Part shown: piece by piece, positions 9,988 to 18,711 of the stretch
Layout of the letters: each line of letters begins with the position of its first letter
Numbering within the stretch: the stretch's first letter is position 1
Source: a virus
IMG/VR virus record: IMGVR_UViG_3300006810_000037
Coordinates: 5,775-69,774 of that record
DNA length: 64,000 nucleotides
Reading direction: 5' to 3' (one strand)
Notes under the pieces: model-generated
Seen by the model: only the letters and a program-made list of their open reading frames with translations
Database searches by the model: none
What the model was told of the DNA's origin: nothing
Translations under genes and position numbers: made by a program

Positions 9988-10449
9988 CTAGCGGTAGTTA
10001 GCATTTAGGTAAACATTTGAACCTACAGCGTTATCTGCAGGACCTGGCAGGGCTTGGATGAACTCAGCACCTGAACGCTCATAGCGATAACGTGCTTGGA
10101 AGGGATCCTTGTAATTGGGAACGTATAAGATTGCGGCTAAGGCATTGGTCTCATACAGATAAATCTCATCCCATACTTTCAAGGATTCACGAGCATTGCT
10201 GGATGCAATTGTCCGGTCTACATCACCCTCGATCTTTTCGATACGAGTTGAAGGAGAGGTTGCAACTTCAGTCTTTCGCTCAGCTGTATCGCAACGACCT
10301 AAGTGATAAATGATCTTGCGATAAAAGAAAGAGTCAGGAATGGTGTTCATGGCCTCTTCAAGCCGTGCGTAATCACCCGCTGGTACAGACACCGTGAAGT
10401 AACCTAAATGATAACGTACACGGCTTTTATCAAAAGTAGATAACTGCAC
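9988..10449 (-). CDS. Putative head-tail connector/adaptor protein
   Basis: DKSRVRYHLGY N-terminal helix pattern; position near the capsid genes; function inferred. Confidence 0.5.
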   Translation of the reverse strand: MQLSTFDKSRVRYHLGYFTVSVPAGDYARLEEAMNTIPDSFFYRKIIYHLGRCDTAERKTEVATSPSTRIEKIEGDVDRTIASSNARESLKVWDEIYLYETNALAAILYVPNYKDPFQARYRYERSGAEFIQALPGPADNAVGSNVYLNANYR

Positions 10450-10494
10450 TGGTCGACCTCTTATATTCTTATTATATTAGGTTAAACCTTGAAC

Positions 10495-11244
10495 TTAATA
10501 GAATATATCAGGAGACTGCTGATACATTGCAGGTGAAGAATTTACGTAGGAGCTAAGAAAATCATCTCCAGCAAATGGATTAATTGCTTGTTGTATTAGC
10601 TGCATCTTGAGATTATCCATGAGTGACTCTCGAGTCGTTTTTTCTATTTTTCTTTTTCCTCCTCTGCTATCTAGAAATCCCTGTGCGTAAGCTTGATAAA
10701 TGTCTCTCTCGCGTTCTACTTCTGAATAAGGGCCTGGTGACAAGGGCGCGTTCGGATCCATGATCGGCGAAGTCGTCATGGTGTCATTCATGGAACTGTT
10801 CATCTTTTTCGATGGATCTAAATGTAAAACTTGAATGTTATACGGTCTGCCTTGAGCATCTGTAACGGATAAAGTTCCCATACCATCACCGGGAACAAAT
10901 GAACCTTTACCTTTGTAGCCAATTTTAGTTCCCGTACCCAGTCCTATATCAATTCCTGAATGGAATGTAGAAGCGCCTGCAGTAGGTGCGGATCTAGGTC
11001 CAAACCCAGATGTTATTGGATAGTTCCAGCTCCATTGCCCTTTCTCATTTTGCTGTACTAGAGGTGTATTAGTATCGCCTATGACAACATTCTGCAAAAT
11101 AGACCTTGCAGTTTTCGGGTCAATCTTTTGACCCTGATTTTTACCAAACTGAGGTATTACTCTGATATCAGCATGAGGACCTGTTGTGGCAAATCTATCC
11201 TTAGAAGGATCAATGACTGCTCCTATAGGTATAAAATTAGCCAC
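10495..11244 (-). CDS. M23-family peptidase-like protein
   Basis: ITSGFGPR...HSGIDIG (HxxxD), HL, and an N-terminal TGPHAD segment suggesting a permuted arrangement. Confidence 0.7.
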   Translation of the reverse strand: MANFIPIGAVIDPSKDRFATTGPHADIRVIPQFGKNQGQKIDPKTARSILQNVVIGDTNTPLVQQNEKGQWSWNYPITSGFGPRSAPTAGASTFHSGIDIGLGTGTKIGYKGKGSFVPGDGMGTLSVTDAQGRPYNIQVLHLDPSKKMNSSMNDTMTTSPIMDPNAPLSPGPYSEVERERDIYQAYAQGFLDSRGGKRKIEKTTRESLMDNLKMQLIQQAINPFAGDDFLSSYVNSSPAMYQQSPDIFY

Positions 11245-11302
11245 AACATCTACGTTTTTATTTATTATAAAATAAATAAGCTCTTAATTAGTGAGACTAA
11301 CA

Positions 11303-11713
11303 TTAGATACGAATCAAGTCAGCTGCCATCACAGCATCCCAATCCACTGTCTTAACTGTCTTTAACTGATCAAGGGTAGAGAATCTTTCACCCGAAAGAG
11401 ACATCTGAAGATCCTTGATCTTTTTTGCTGTTTTAATTCCAACTCCTTTAATATGATCTGCGATCATTTGAGCAGAAGCATTATTAATATTCAACCGTGT
11501 ATCAGGAGGAAAGTCTCTAGGCGTTTCCTTATTGGCACGATCTTTAATTTGTAAAGATTTTACTTTTTTAGTGGCTTGTGTATCCTCTTCAATCTCTTCA
11601 CGCCAAACAGTAAAAAGGCGACCTTCAGAGTCTTGGACCATCCTCCAATCGCCATTATCCCACTCTGTAATTACTTTTAGAGTGGCTCCCGTTTTTTTGT
11701 GACGGTATAACAT
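11303..11713 (-). CDS. Helix-hairpin-helix DNA-binding protein (ComEA-like)
   Basis: LNINNAS...IKGVGIKTAKKI...FSTLDQL HhH motif. Confidence 0.8.
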   Translation of the reverse strand: MLYRHKKTGATLKVITEWDNGDWRMVQDSEGRLFTVWREEIEEDTQATKKVKSLQIKDRANKETPRDFPPDTRLNINNASAQMIADHIKGVGIKTAKKIKDLQMSLSGERFSTLDQLKTVKTVDWDAVMAADLIRI

Positions 11714-11740
11714 AAGACCAGTAAAATTTACTGGTCTTAT
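11712..11740. promoter_or_regulatory. Perfect 14-bp inverted repeat overlapping the HhH start codon
   Basis: ATAAGACCAGTAAA-A-TTTACTGGTCTTAT. Confidence 0.7.
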
Positions 11741-11750
11741 TTTAACCTAT

Positions 11751-12563
11751 TCAGCTGCCGCTGCTAACAATTTTGTTAGGCAGATAAGCTTCAATGTCGT
11801 TATAGTCAGAAGCAACATCAGGTTGGATGTAGCAAAGCTCAACAACAATGTAGCCATAGGTTCCAGCAGTTGCATCTCCGGAAGAGATGTAGAAACCACC
11901 GGAAGTAGCAGTAGCATTACCGGATGCCTTTGCGTAGACCTTAAAGGTCGTAGCGGCAGTGTTTTCGCGGTATACCTTACCTGCGGTGACACCAGGAGCG
12001 CCGGTAGCGGTCAGGAAAGGCGTTGCGCTAGTGGCAGAAGAACCACCGGCAAAGTAAATCTCACCAGCTTGGCCTCCGGAAGTAGTGGAGGAAAGGTTGG
12101 CTTGAATCATTCCTTCGCCAACGCCTGAAGCGGCGACAGGTGAACCAGCGTTATCGCGACCGAAAGAGATCACATTTCCAGTGGCTGCATACACACCAGA
12201 AGCAACGCGGCGGTCTCCCCAGCCCGAAGCGATGGCGACAGTAGCGCGATAGCCGTAGGCAGGCAGGTCAGTAGAACCGGAGATCACCATTCCGGTGATG
12301 TCGGTACGGGTGTCGTCTTGCCGATAGGGGGAAGGAACGATCACATCAGCAGAGGCAACTGCGCCATCACCAGAAGTTGCGGTGACTTTGACATAACCAC
12401 GCTGTTGGAAGTAGCGGTAACCAGGGACAGCCAACACAGAGGTGGGGCCTGCCTTGGAAGAATTGTTAGTACCGTCTTGATTGGAATCAATGTTCTTGTA
12501 CCAACCGTTTAAGGCCTCTGTCCAGTTACCTGGATAGATTTTCTTAGCGGACAAGTAGGTCAT
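11751..12563 (-). CDS. Putative capsid decoration/minor capsid protein
   Basis: Directly downstream of the capsid gene, with an AGGAG RBS and the same GC-shifted codon usage. Confidence 0.6.
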   Translation of the reverse strand: MTYLSAKKIYPGNWTEALNGWYKNIDSNQDGTNNSSKAGPTSVLAVPGYRYFQQRGYVKVTATSGDGAVASADVIVPSPYRQDDTRTDITGMVISGSTDLPAYGYRATVAIASGWGDRRVASGVYAATGNVISFGRDNAGSPVAASGVGEGMIQANLSSTTSGGQAGEIYFAGGSSATSATPFLTATGAPGVTAGKVYRENTAATTFKVYAKASGNATATSGGFYISSGDATAGTYGYIVVELCYIQPDVASDYNDIEAYLPNKIVSSGS

Positions 12564-12602
12564 TTATCTCTCCTATTGAGGTTTTGTTTTAATTAGTCAG
12601 GC

Positions 12603-13754
12603 TCAAATAGTGCCGTCGTCTTGAACGAAGCTAAATGCGGTGGTGATGAAGTCCTTATTAAGAATTTCGAAACCAGCATACAGTTGCCAAATCAGAATAA
12701 TGAAGCGGCTGAAGTCATCATTATTGTTGATGAGCACCTGGGCGTTAGGGCCACCGATGCCAACACCGATTGACTGAGGACCGAAGAAGTAGCCCTGAGC
12801 GACTTCCTTGGAAGCATAGCTGCTGCCGCCGTCAAAAGACGTATTGACATTCTTGTTGGGGAAGTTGGTGGACTCGTAGAACTTCACACCTTCAAACTGA
12901 ACGCCAGTAGGCATAACAGGCTCACCAGCCAAGAAGTAGGCTTGGCCTGCCTGAGGACCCATGTAGAAGCTGGCGTTGTTAGGCATCATGGGGTTGCCCA
13001 TGTACATGCCTTGACCAGGATTACCGGCGTAACGAGCGATCTCACGGAAGTCCTCGTCACGACGCAGGTGCATCATGAAGGTGGGATCGCAAATACAACG
13101 ATACAGACCGTCAGCAAAGGTAGGTACGTTGCGCTTACGCATCTGCTTAACAACGTTCAGCAGGTCAGTACGCACGGAGAATTGCTGAACCTGAGCTTCA
13201 TACTCAGCAGTGGTGTAAGAGATACGGTTTTGACTGTCTTTCTCTTTAGCGCCTGCAAAATAGTAACCGCCGATGTCATCGGATGCAGCTCCATTAGCCT
13301 CAGCTTTGGCCATTTCGTCAATGAAGACGCGGTCGCGCCAACGACGATAGTCGTCCAGCAGAGTCAGAGAACCGATGCTCTGGTGGAACATGTTCAAGTT
13401 GCCGGTGTCGAGCAGCAGACGCTGAGCGGTAACCAGAGTCTCACGGGCAATTTTAAAGGTTGAAGGCTGGGTGGGATCGCCTGGATCAGCAGGACCGGTG
13501 TACTCTTTCAGCACAACAAGCACCTTCTCCTTGGTGATGTTGCGGCTGTTAGCAGTACCGATGGTCTGATCGGAGACGCGCTCACGGCTCTCCTTGGTTC
13601 CAGGGGTTCCCCAGAACTTGTAGCGATCAAGTTGCACCGTCTGGCCGGGCTGGCGAGTGAAGTCATGGACGACCACAGGCTCAGCAGCCATCTCGCAAAT
13701 GTAAGCGGGGTGAGGGCGATAAAGCTCCGCACCTAGCAGTTTTGGAAAATCGTT
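12603..13754 (-). CDS. Major capsid protein, exon 2
   Basis: Frame is open 21 codons upstream of the tracked Met (NDFPKLLGAELYRPHPAYICE-MAAEP...); GVKFYESTN and NNNDDFSR motifs; spliced product is 387 aa. Confidence 0.85.
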   Translation of the reverse strand, partial: NDFPKLLGAELYRPHPAYICEMAAEPVVVHDFTRQPGQTVQLDRYKFWGTPGTKESRERVSDQTIGTANSRNITKEKVLVVLKEYTGPADPGDPTQPSTFKIARETLVTAQRLLLDTGNLNMFHQSIGSLTLLDDYRRWRDRVFIDEMAKAEANGAASDDIGGYYFAGAKEKDSQNRISYTTAEYEAQVQQFSVRTDLLNVVKQMRKRNVPTFADGLYRCICDPTFMMHLRRDEDFREIARYAGNPGQGMYMGNPMMPNNASFYMGPQAGQAYFLAGEPVMPTGVQFEGVKFYESTNFPNKNVNTSFDGGSSYASKEVAQGYFFGPQSIGVGIGGPNAQVLINNNDDFSRFIILIWQLYAGFEILNKDFITTAFSFVQDDGTI

Positions 13755-14577
13755 CTCCTGGTCTCCAATTTCTTGAAGGGGTGGACCATCTCTTCATCCC
13801 AGAGGGATGCCGGACGCTGTATCTGGTATTACGTTACAAGATCGTGTAACACCCAGTGGCCTCTGCACGTTCCAATCACGGGCTTGATTGGCTTCGCTCA
13901 GGATTACCCTCGTCTTTACGTTAGGGCTTCCCTGAATTCATCCGGTTTTCACTTAACGATTGCTCGCTAAGGTGACAACGCTTGAGAAGTTCAGGTGAGG
14001 TAAAATTTGGAAACTTGTTCATAAACATCATGAATCCAAAATTAGTCTCAGGATTTGGTAATCTCTACTTAACTGAATCCGGAAGAGCTTTTGAAAAACA
14101 CTTGGACGATAATGACCAGGAGTATTTTGAAGAACTTCCTATACAACACACTAGTAAGTATGATCGTGTCTCAATCCTTGTTGACAGTAAAAGAAAAAGA
14201 TTTAATTTACACGTCTTAATGGCTGTTGCTTTCTTGGATTTAGATTTGCGTTCACATGGAACACACAACTTTTCTTTGCAAGTTAATCATATAGATAACA
14301 ACAAAAGAAATAACAATCTAAATAATTTAGAGATTGCTACTAAACAAGAAAACCTTATAAGAAGCTGGACTGAAAACAATCAAATTAACAATGGTTTTGC
14401 AAGTAAAGGAAAGGCGAAAACATCACTCAGGAAATTTTCTAAAGAAGATGTGAAACAAATTAAATCTTTAAAAGAAGCAGGTCTTTCATACAGAAAGATT
14501 GCTGAAAAATTTAATTGTAATCACGGTGCTATTTACCAAATGCTGAAAGGTAATACCTACCAGGATCTGAACTAGCT
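13755..14577 (-). mobile_element. Group I self-splicing intron (823 nt) in the major capsid gene
   Basis: 5' exon ends in U and intron ends in G; P AAUUCAGGGAAG, Q AAUCCUGAGC, R GUGCAGAGGCCA, S AAGAGAUGGUCC; P3 CCGGA/UCCGG; IGS CGUUGUCA (13980-13973) pairs with both exons. Confidence 0.92.
14030..14575 (+). CDS. Intron-encoded HNH homing endonuclease with C-terminal HTH (antisense to the intron)
   Basis: LHVLMAVAF...VNHIDNNKRNNNLNNLE...EN HNH motif; GLSYRKIAEKFNCNHGAI HTH; TAAAAT at 14001-14006 upstream. Confidence 0.88.
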   Translation: MNPKLVSGFGNLYLTESGRAFEKHLDDNDQEYFEELPIQHTSKYDRVSILVDSKRKRFNLHVLMAVAFLDLDLRSHGTHNFSLQVNHIDNNKRNNNLNNLEIATKQENLIRSWTENNQINNGFASKGKAKTSLRKFSKEDVKQIKSLKEAGLSYRKIAEKFNCNHGAIYQMLKGNTYQDLN

Positions 14578-14589
14578 ATCAATGAACAC
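14578..14589 (-). CDS. Major capsid protein, exon 1 (MFID)
   Basis: GGAGGA RBS then GTG TTC ATT GAT; unspliced RNA stops two codons later (AGC TAG). Confidence 0.85.
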
Positions 14590-14684
14590 TTTGGTTTATC
14601 CTCCAGTGTCAGGTTTATCGGGTGAAAGATAAAGCCAAACGGCTTATCTAACAAAATACTAGCATCAAGTAATTTTAAATACTA

Positions 14685-14709
14685 AGAGGGGGTAATAATT
14701 ACCCCCTCT
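14685..14709. terminator. Hairpin between scaffold and capsid genes (terminator or stabiliser)
   Basis: AGAGGGGGTAA-TAA-TTACCCCCTCT. Confidence 0.6.
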
Positions 14710-14716
14710 GTATTTA

Positions 14717-15763
14717 TCATTCCATTACAAACAGCTTGTTAGCCATTGTTGATGGATTTGCCTGGTTCAGGATACGCCAAGCGTTCTGCGGATCATTAAT
14801 CATCTGCTGGTCAAAAACATTCCAGAACTCACGGGTATTCTGTGGACTGGACTGCACGGGAGGAGCAGGCATAGCTGCGCCACGAGTAGGTTGGACGGCA
14901 GTCGGATAACCGCGAGTTTCTAGCTGTTGCGCGGACTCATAGACAGGGTAAGGTCCCTGGGGTCCGAAGAACTGCAAGGTGTAATCTGACAAAACATCGG
15001 GATTAGTTAAAATCTCGTTGTATGCCTTGTTTTCGACGTGCTCGTTGACTGCAAAAGCTGCATAATCGCAAAGCGTATCATGTGCCCAAATAGCATAGTC
15101 GGCATAGTCAGCCAGACACTGACGCTCATCTTGAGCCCAAATTACTGCGTCATCGAGAAGCTTTTCTAGATTTACCGCGTAATTGTTTAGAATCCCTGGT
15201 GCCTCTGGACCGAACGCGTTCAGAACCGCCCTGCTTTCCGGACTCAGATTGTAATAATCCGCTATCGCTCCGTCCACTTCCGCGTGGGCTTCCGCCGCCG
15301 CCCGACCGTATAGAGTCGAGGAGGTTGGGGAATAGCTGGGCGAGGATACCTGGTTGGGCGACCAAGTCAGGCGATCCGATTGTGAAATACCCGGGCTGAT
15401 CGCTTCCGCCTGTGCCCAGTTTCCCGGGATAGCTTGTGGGTATGTCTGGGCCGGAGCTGACGGTGCTGCCTGGAACGGGGATGGGGCTGGCTGACTCAGT
15501 GCGCCTACCACCTTGTTGAACGCCGCCTCCCATGGGTTGGACGGAGGAACCGCCGCCGGTTGGGATTGGGGGACGTATTGAGACGGGCTTGATGGGTAAT
15601 TGATAAGACCCGCCGGAGCCTGTTGGGGGTAATTCATACCCACCGGAATTTGAGCCTGAGGCAGCGCCACCGGAACCGGTGCTGCCGCCACGTAGCTGCT
15701 GGGGGCGACGGCCACTGGTGTTGGGCTCGTCGGTTGGATCGATTGGACGGTAGCGTCCTGCAT
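14717..15763 (-). CDS. Putative capsid scaffolding protein
   Basis: Lies between portal and capsid genes; AGGAG RBS 7 nt before ATG; P/Q/A-rich N-terminus and helical core. Confidence 0.7.
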   Translation of the reverse strand: MQDATVQSIQPTSPTPVAVAPSSYVAAAPVPVALPQAQIPVGMNYPQQAPAGLINYPSSPSQYVPQSQPAAVPPSNPWEAAFNKVVGALSQPAPSPFQAAPSAPAQTYPQAIPGNWAQAEAISPGISQSDRLTWSPNQVSSPSYSPTSSTLYGRAAAEAHAEVDGAIADYYNLSPESRAVLNAFGPEAPGILNNYAVNLEKLLDDAVIWAQDERQCLADYADYAIWAHDTLCDYAAFAVNEHVENKAYNEILTNPDVLSDYTLQFFGPQGPYPVYESAQQLETRGYPTAVQPTRGAAMPAPPVQSSPQNTREFWNVFDQQMINDPQNAWRILNQANPSTMANKLFVME

Positions 15764-17531
15764 AACTCATCTCCTGTTGTAATGCTTCTAAAGTTCGATA
15801 CAGATAAGGTGTTAAATCCAAACGTGGATCTGCAGCCATAGGTAAATCTGGTGACTGCGGGTGAGGGGTCTGCATCATTCCCGACACCAGGCGACTGAAT
15901 GCTTGGAAAGCTCCTTGCAATTCATTTACCATCCTGAATGGGAACCCCGATAACATCGCGGCTCGTTCCTCATCCGTTTTTTGTGGGAAAAGAAACTTCA
16001 GTGCTTCTATACTATCAACACCCAATTCTTGCAAGTTTCTAACAACAATTGAATTGTTAATTAGATCCTGAGAGGTGTCTTCGTAGACCGGTCCAAGCCA
16101 GCGCCATTGCACAGTTAAATCCCCATCTGGAATTAAACCAATGACAGATGGTGGAAGCATTTCAGTCTTAAGTGCGGCCATCATGATCCGCTTAATTTGC
16201 TGATCATAAGCAGCCATTGCATCTGCATATAGCTCCTCTTCTTGTGCCGTAGCTTCCTCAGACAAGTCAATCGGTTTTTCTAAACCAACAGCTGCGGCTA
16301 AGCTATCTCTGAAAAGCCTCTCTTCCTGATAAATAATTAATTCCATGCAACGTGCAATGCCATGCGTATAAATAGCGCGACATTTTTTCTTTGCAGTTGC
16401 AGCAACTCGACCGTAAATAGATTTAAGTTCAGTCGCAGTTACACTTGCCGAAATACTGATTTCATCCTGACCACCCAAGGCGGTACGGATTTCCTCACGT
16501 AAAGTACGGCTAAAAGATACCTGATCACCTGTAACAGCGTCGGGTATGATATAACCAACACGGTCGTTTGGCTCTAAATTAGCGATGACACGAGGAACAC
16601 GAATGTCTCCACCCATGCCACGCGAAATTGGATCTGCTTTAAACATTGATTTGCTTAAAGCGTTTGCACTCATGAAACCAGAATTAGCAGCAATTGATGG
16701 TCTTTGGACCGTCATGTCCCCTGATTCCATTAGATCAGTTTTTGGTCGCGAAGATAACAAGGTAGGATTGCCAAAGAACTGAATGTTCTTTCGCATGTTT
16801 TTAACCATGTCGTCGTGAAGACAAATTTGATCAGCTAAGGAATCAAAGTCACCTACACCTTCTGTCGCAAACCCTTTGGGATTGTTAAAAATCTCTACGC
16901 AAGGAATAAAACCTAATGTGTTTTTAAGCTTCTTAGTTTTACCAGGTGCTGCTTGATCTGGCATATCAAAAGAGATATGTCCATCTGAATGTGTTTCAGT
17001 AATTAAACGTTTTTTAATTGAAAGCTTAATATATTTTTTAGTGCCTGTTGCATTACCCATACCCAGATGACCTGTATGGCCTGTCATGGGAGAGTCGTCA
17101 ATAGTCACTGGCTGCATAGTGCCCCTACCTTGGCGCACTTTATAGCTATAGATGATTACAACTTCATCTAATTCGCCATCAACATTGTAATAAGTTCTGT
17201 ACTCGTGCTTCCTAAAAAAGTAAAGTCTGTAGTTGTTGTTAGTAGGTCGAATGTAAAATAAACCTTGACCGTCACAAAGAAAATAATCCCAAATAGAATC
17301 TAAACGTGTGTCTAATTGATTGTATTTAGCAACACGATCTAAAAAGTCTTTACGTTGGTTGCCAAAATTATCTTGACCGGGGAAGAATTCTACCCCTTGG
17401 CGAATGCCAAATAATCGCATCTGTGCTAGATGTCCAGCAACGATTCCGGTGTCGACTCCTGCACCACCATCTTTATCTAGATAAGCATTAACAATGTCCT
17501 TTAATCTTGCCTTGGAATCTACTGTCGCCAT
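15150..17531 (-). CDS. Portal protein with long low-complexity C-terminal tail
   Basis: Size and position between terminase and scaffold; KNTLGFIPCVEIFN and GVGDFD portal-like motifs. Confidence 0.75.
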   Translation of the reverse strand: MATVDSKARLKDIVNAYLDKDGGAGVDTGIVAGHLAQMRLFGIRQGVEFFPGQDNFGNQRKDFLDRVAKYNQLDTRLDSIWDYFLCDGQGLFYIRPTNNNYRLYFFRKHEYRTYYNVDGELDEVVIIYSYKVRQGRGTMQPVTIDDSPMTGHTGHLGMGNATGTKKYIKLSIKKRLITETHSDGHISFDMPDQAAPGKTKKLKNTLGFIPCVEIFNNPKGFATEGVGDFDSLADQICLHDDMVKNMRKNIQFFGNPTLLSSRPKTDLMESGDMTVQRPSIAANSGFMSANALSKSMFKADPISRGMGGDIRVPRVIANLEPNDRVGYIIPDAVTGDQVSFSRTLREEIRTALGGQDEISISASVTATELKSIYGRVAATAKKKCRAIYTHGIARCMELIIYQEERLFRDSLAAAVGLEKPIDLSEEATAQEEELYADAMAAYDQQIKRIMMAALKTEMLPPSVIGLIPDGDLTVQWRWLGPVYEDTSQDLINNSIVVRNLQELGVDSIEALKFLFPQKTDEERAAMLSGFPFRMVNELQGAFQAFSRLVSGMMQTPHPQSPDLPMAADPRLDLTPYLYRTLEALQQEMSYAGRYRPIDPTDEPNTSGRRPQQLRGGSTGSGGAASGSNSGGYELPPTGSGGSYQLPIKPVSIRPPIPTGGGSSVQPMGGGVQQGGRRTESASPIPVPGSTVSSGPDIPTSYPGKLGTGGSDQPGYFTIGSPDLVAQPGILAQLFPNLLDSIRSGGGGSPRGSGRSDSGLLQSESGKQGGSERVRSRGTRDSKQLRGKSRKASR

Positions 17532-17564
17532 TTACTGGGTCATCTAGATCATTTTATTTTATCA

Positions 17565-17771
17565 CTATTTTCCCTTATATCTCTTGGCTGCACGTGCGGC
17601 TTTACTTGCTTTCTTTGCAGTCTCTGTGTTTGGTACAAACTGCTTACCTTTTCTACTAGCTGCTTTTTTCTTTTCGTCAGTTTCTCTACGTTCTTCCTCT
17701 GACATCTTTGCCCAGGCAGCTTTGGGTAGATATCTTTCTGTTCTTCCTTTTTCTATAGCTTTATCTGCCAT
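17565..17771 (-). CDS. Basic protein, C-terminal half of a DUF5872-like family
   Basis: ERYLPKAAW...KKK...GKQFVPN motif. Confidence 0.65.
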   Translation of the reverse strand: MADKAIEKGRTERYLPKAAWAKMSEEERRETDEKKKAASRKGKQFVPNTETAKKASKAARAAKRYKGK

Positions 17772-17791
17772 TATATTCTGCTTATGTTCAC

Positions 17792-18421
17792 TTAAAGTCC
17801 AGGAGGAAATAACTGCACTGGTACTGTTCTTCTCGGAGGTACACGTCTTGGAGTGCCCTCAAGACCTACTCCAAAACTATATTTTTCTGCGCCGGGAGCT
17901 TCATACGTTCTTGGATCAATTCGATTATTTTTACTAAATCTAATCATGCCACTATAGCCAGGTGGTGGCGTTACTCCATCAAAATCCATGACTCCCGGCT
18001 GGTAACTGCCTTCAACTCCAAGCCGGAGTCCCTCTTCTGCAGCACCAATGGGAATTGTCGCTCCTCCTTGTAAAGCTCCCGTCGTAGGATTGTATGTTGC
18101 ATTAACGTTTGTTCCGTAAATATTTCTATATTCTGCTTTAATAGGAATATCTGTTGTATAAGCAGGTTGCATTCCTCCTGTCTGTATTGGTCCACCTATT
18201 GGTCCACCAAGGACTGGTCCAGGTCCTCCAAATGCTGACGGAGGAACTTGCTCAATTCCTCCCTGTCTCAATGCTTCAGGAGAAGATGTTCCTTCTAAAG
18301 CCTCTAAAGGAATACCTTGCTCTGGAATTAATCCCATTCCAGGTCCAATGGCTTCTGATGCAAGAAGTGTTTAAAAGCCAGCCATTGGCTTAAATTTTGA
18401 ATACTTACCGGCGAGTCTCAT
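17792..18421 (-). CDS. Hypothetical protein, probably interrupted by an in-frame TAA at 18371-18373
   Basis: ATG 18421, just after the upstream stop, reads MRLAGKYSKFKPMAGF*TLLASEAIGPG in frame into the tracked ORF 17792-18337. Confidence 0.55.
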
Positions 18422-18423
18422 GA

Positions 18424-18711
18424 TTAACTTTTTTTTGCTTTTTTTGCAGCGGTTGCCGCTTTCTTGGCCTTATTCTTATCATACTCTTCCTTAGTCTGCC
18501 AATCTTCTTTTCCCCACTTCTTCAGACTTTTTTGACTCTTACCTTCTCCTCCCTTATAACCTCCGCCTGCTTTTTTATATTCAGATGCAGTGAGTTGAGC
18601 TTTTCGCGCAGACCACTGGCCAGGCTTACCGCCTTTACTGCCAGCCATTACGCGATTCTTAATAGATTCGCGCAATCCCGGCTTTGTATATTTGGAATCG
18701 TCCTGTGGCAT
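18424..18711 (-). CDS. Basic protein, N-terminal half of a DUF5872-like family
   Basis: YTKPGLRE...GSKGGKPGQWSARKAQ...YKKAGGGY...SLKKWGKEDWQTK. Confidence 0.7.
   Translation of the reverse strand: MPQDDSKYTKPGLRESIKNRVMAGSKGGKPGQWSARKAQLTASEYKKAGGGYKGGEGKSQKSLKKWGKEDWQTKEEYDKNKAKKAATAAKKAKKS

Noticed and set aside
12942-13463. 173-aa antisense ORF within the capsid gene, and similar shadow ORFs elsewhere
   Set aside because: Explained by codon bias of the highly expressed sense gene; no RBS or recognisable motifs
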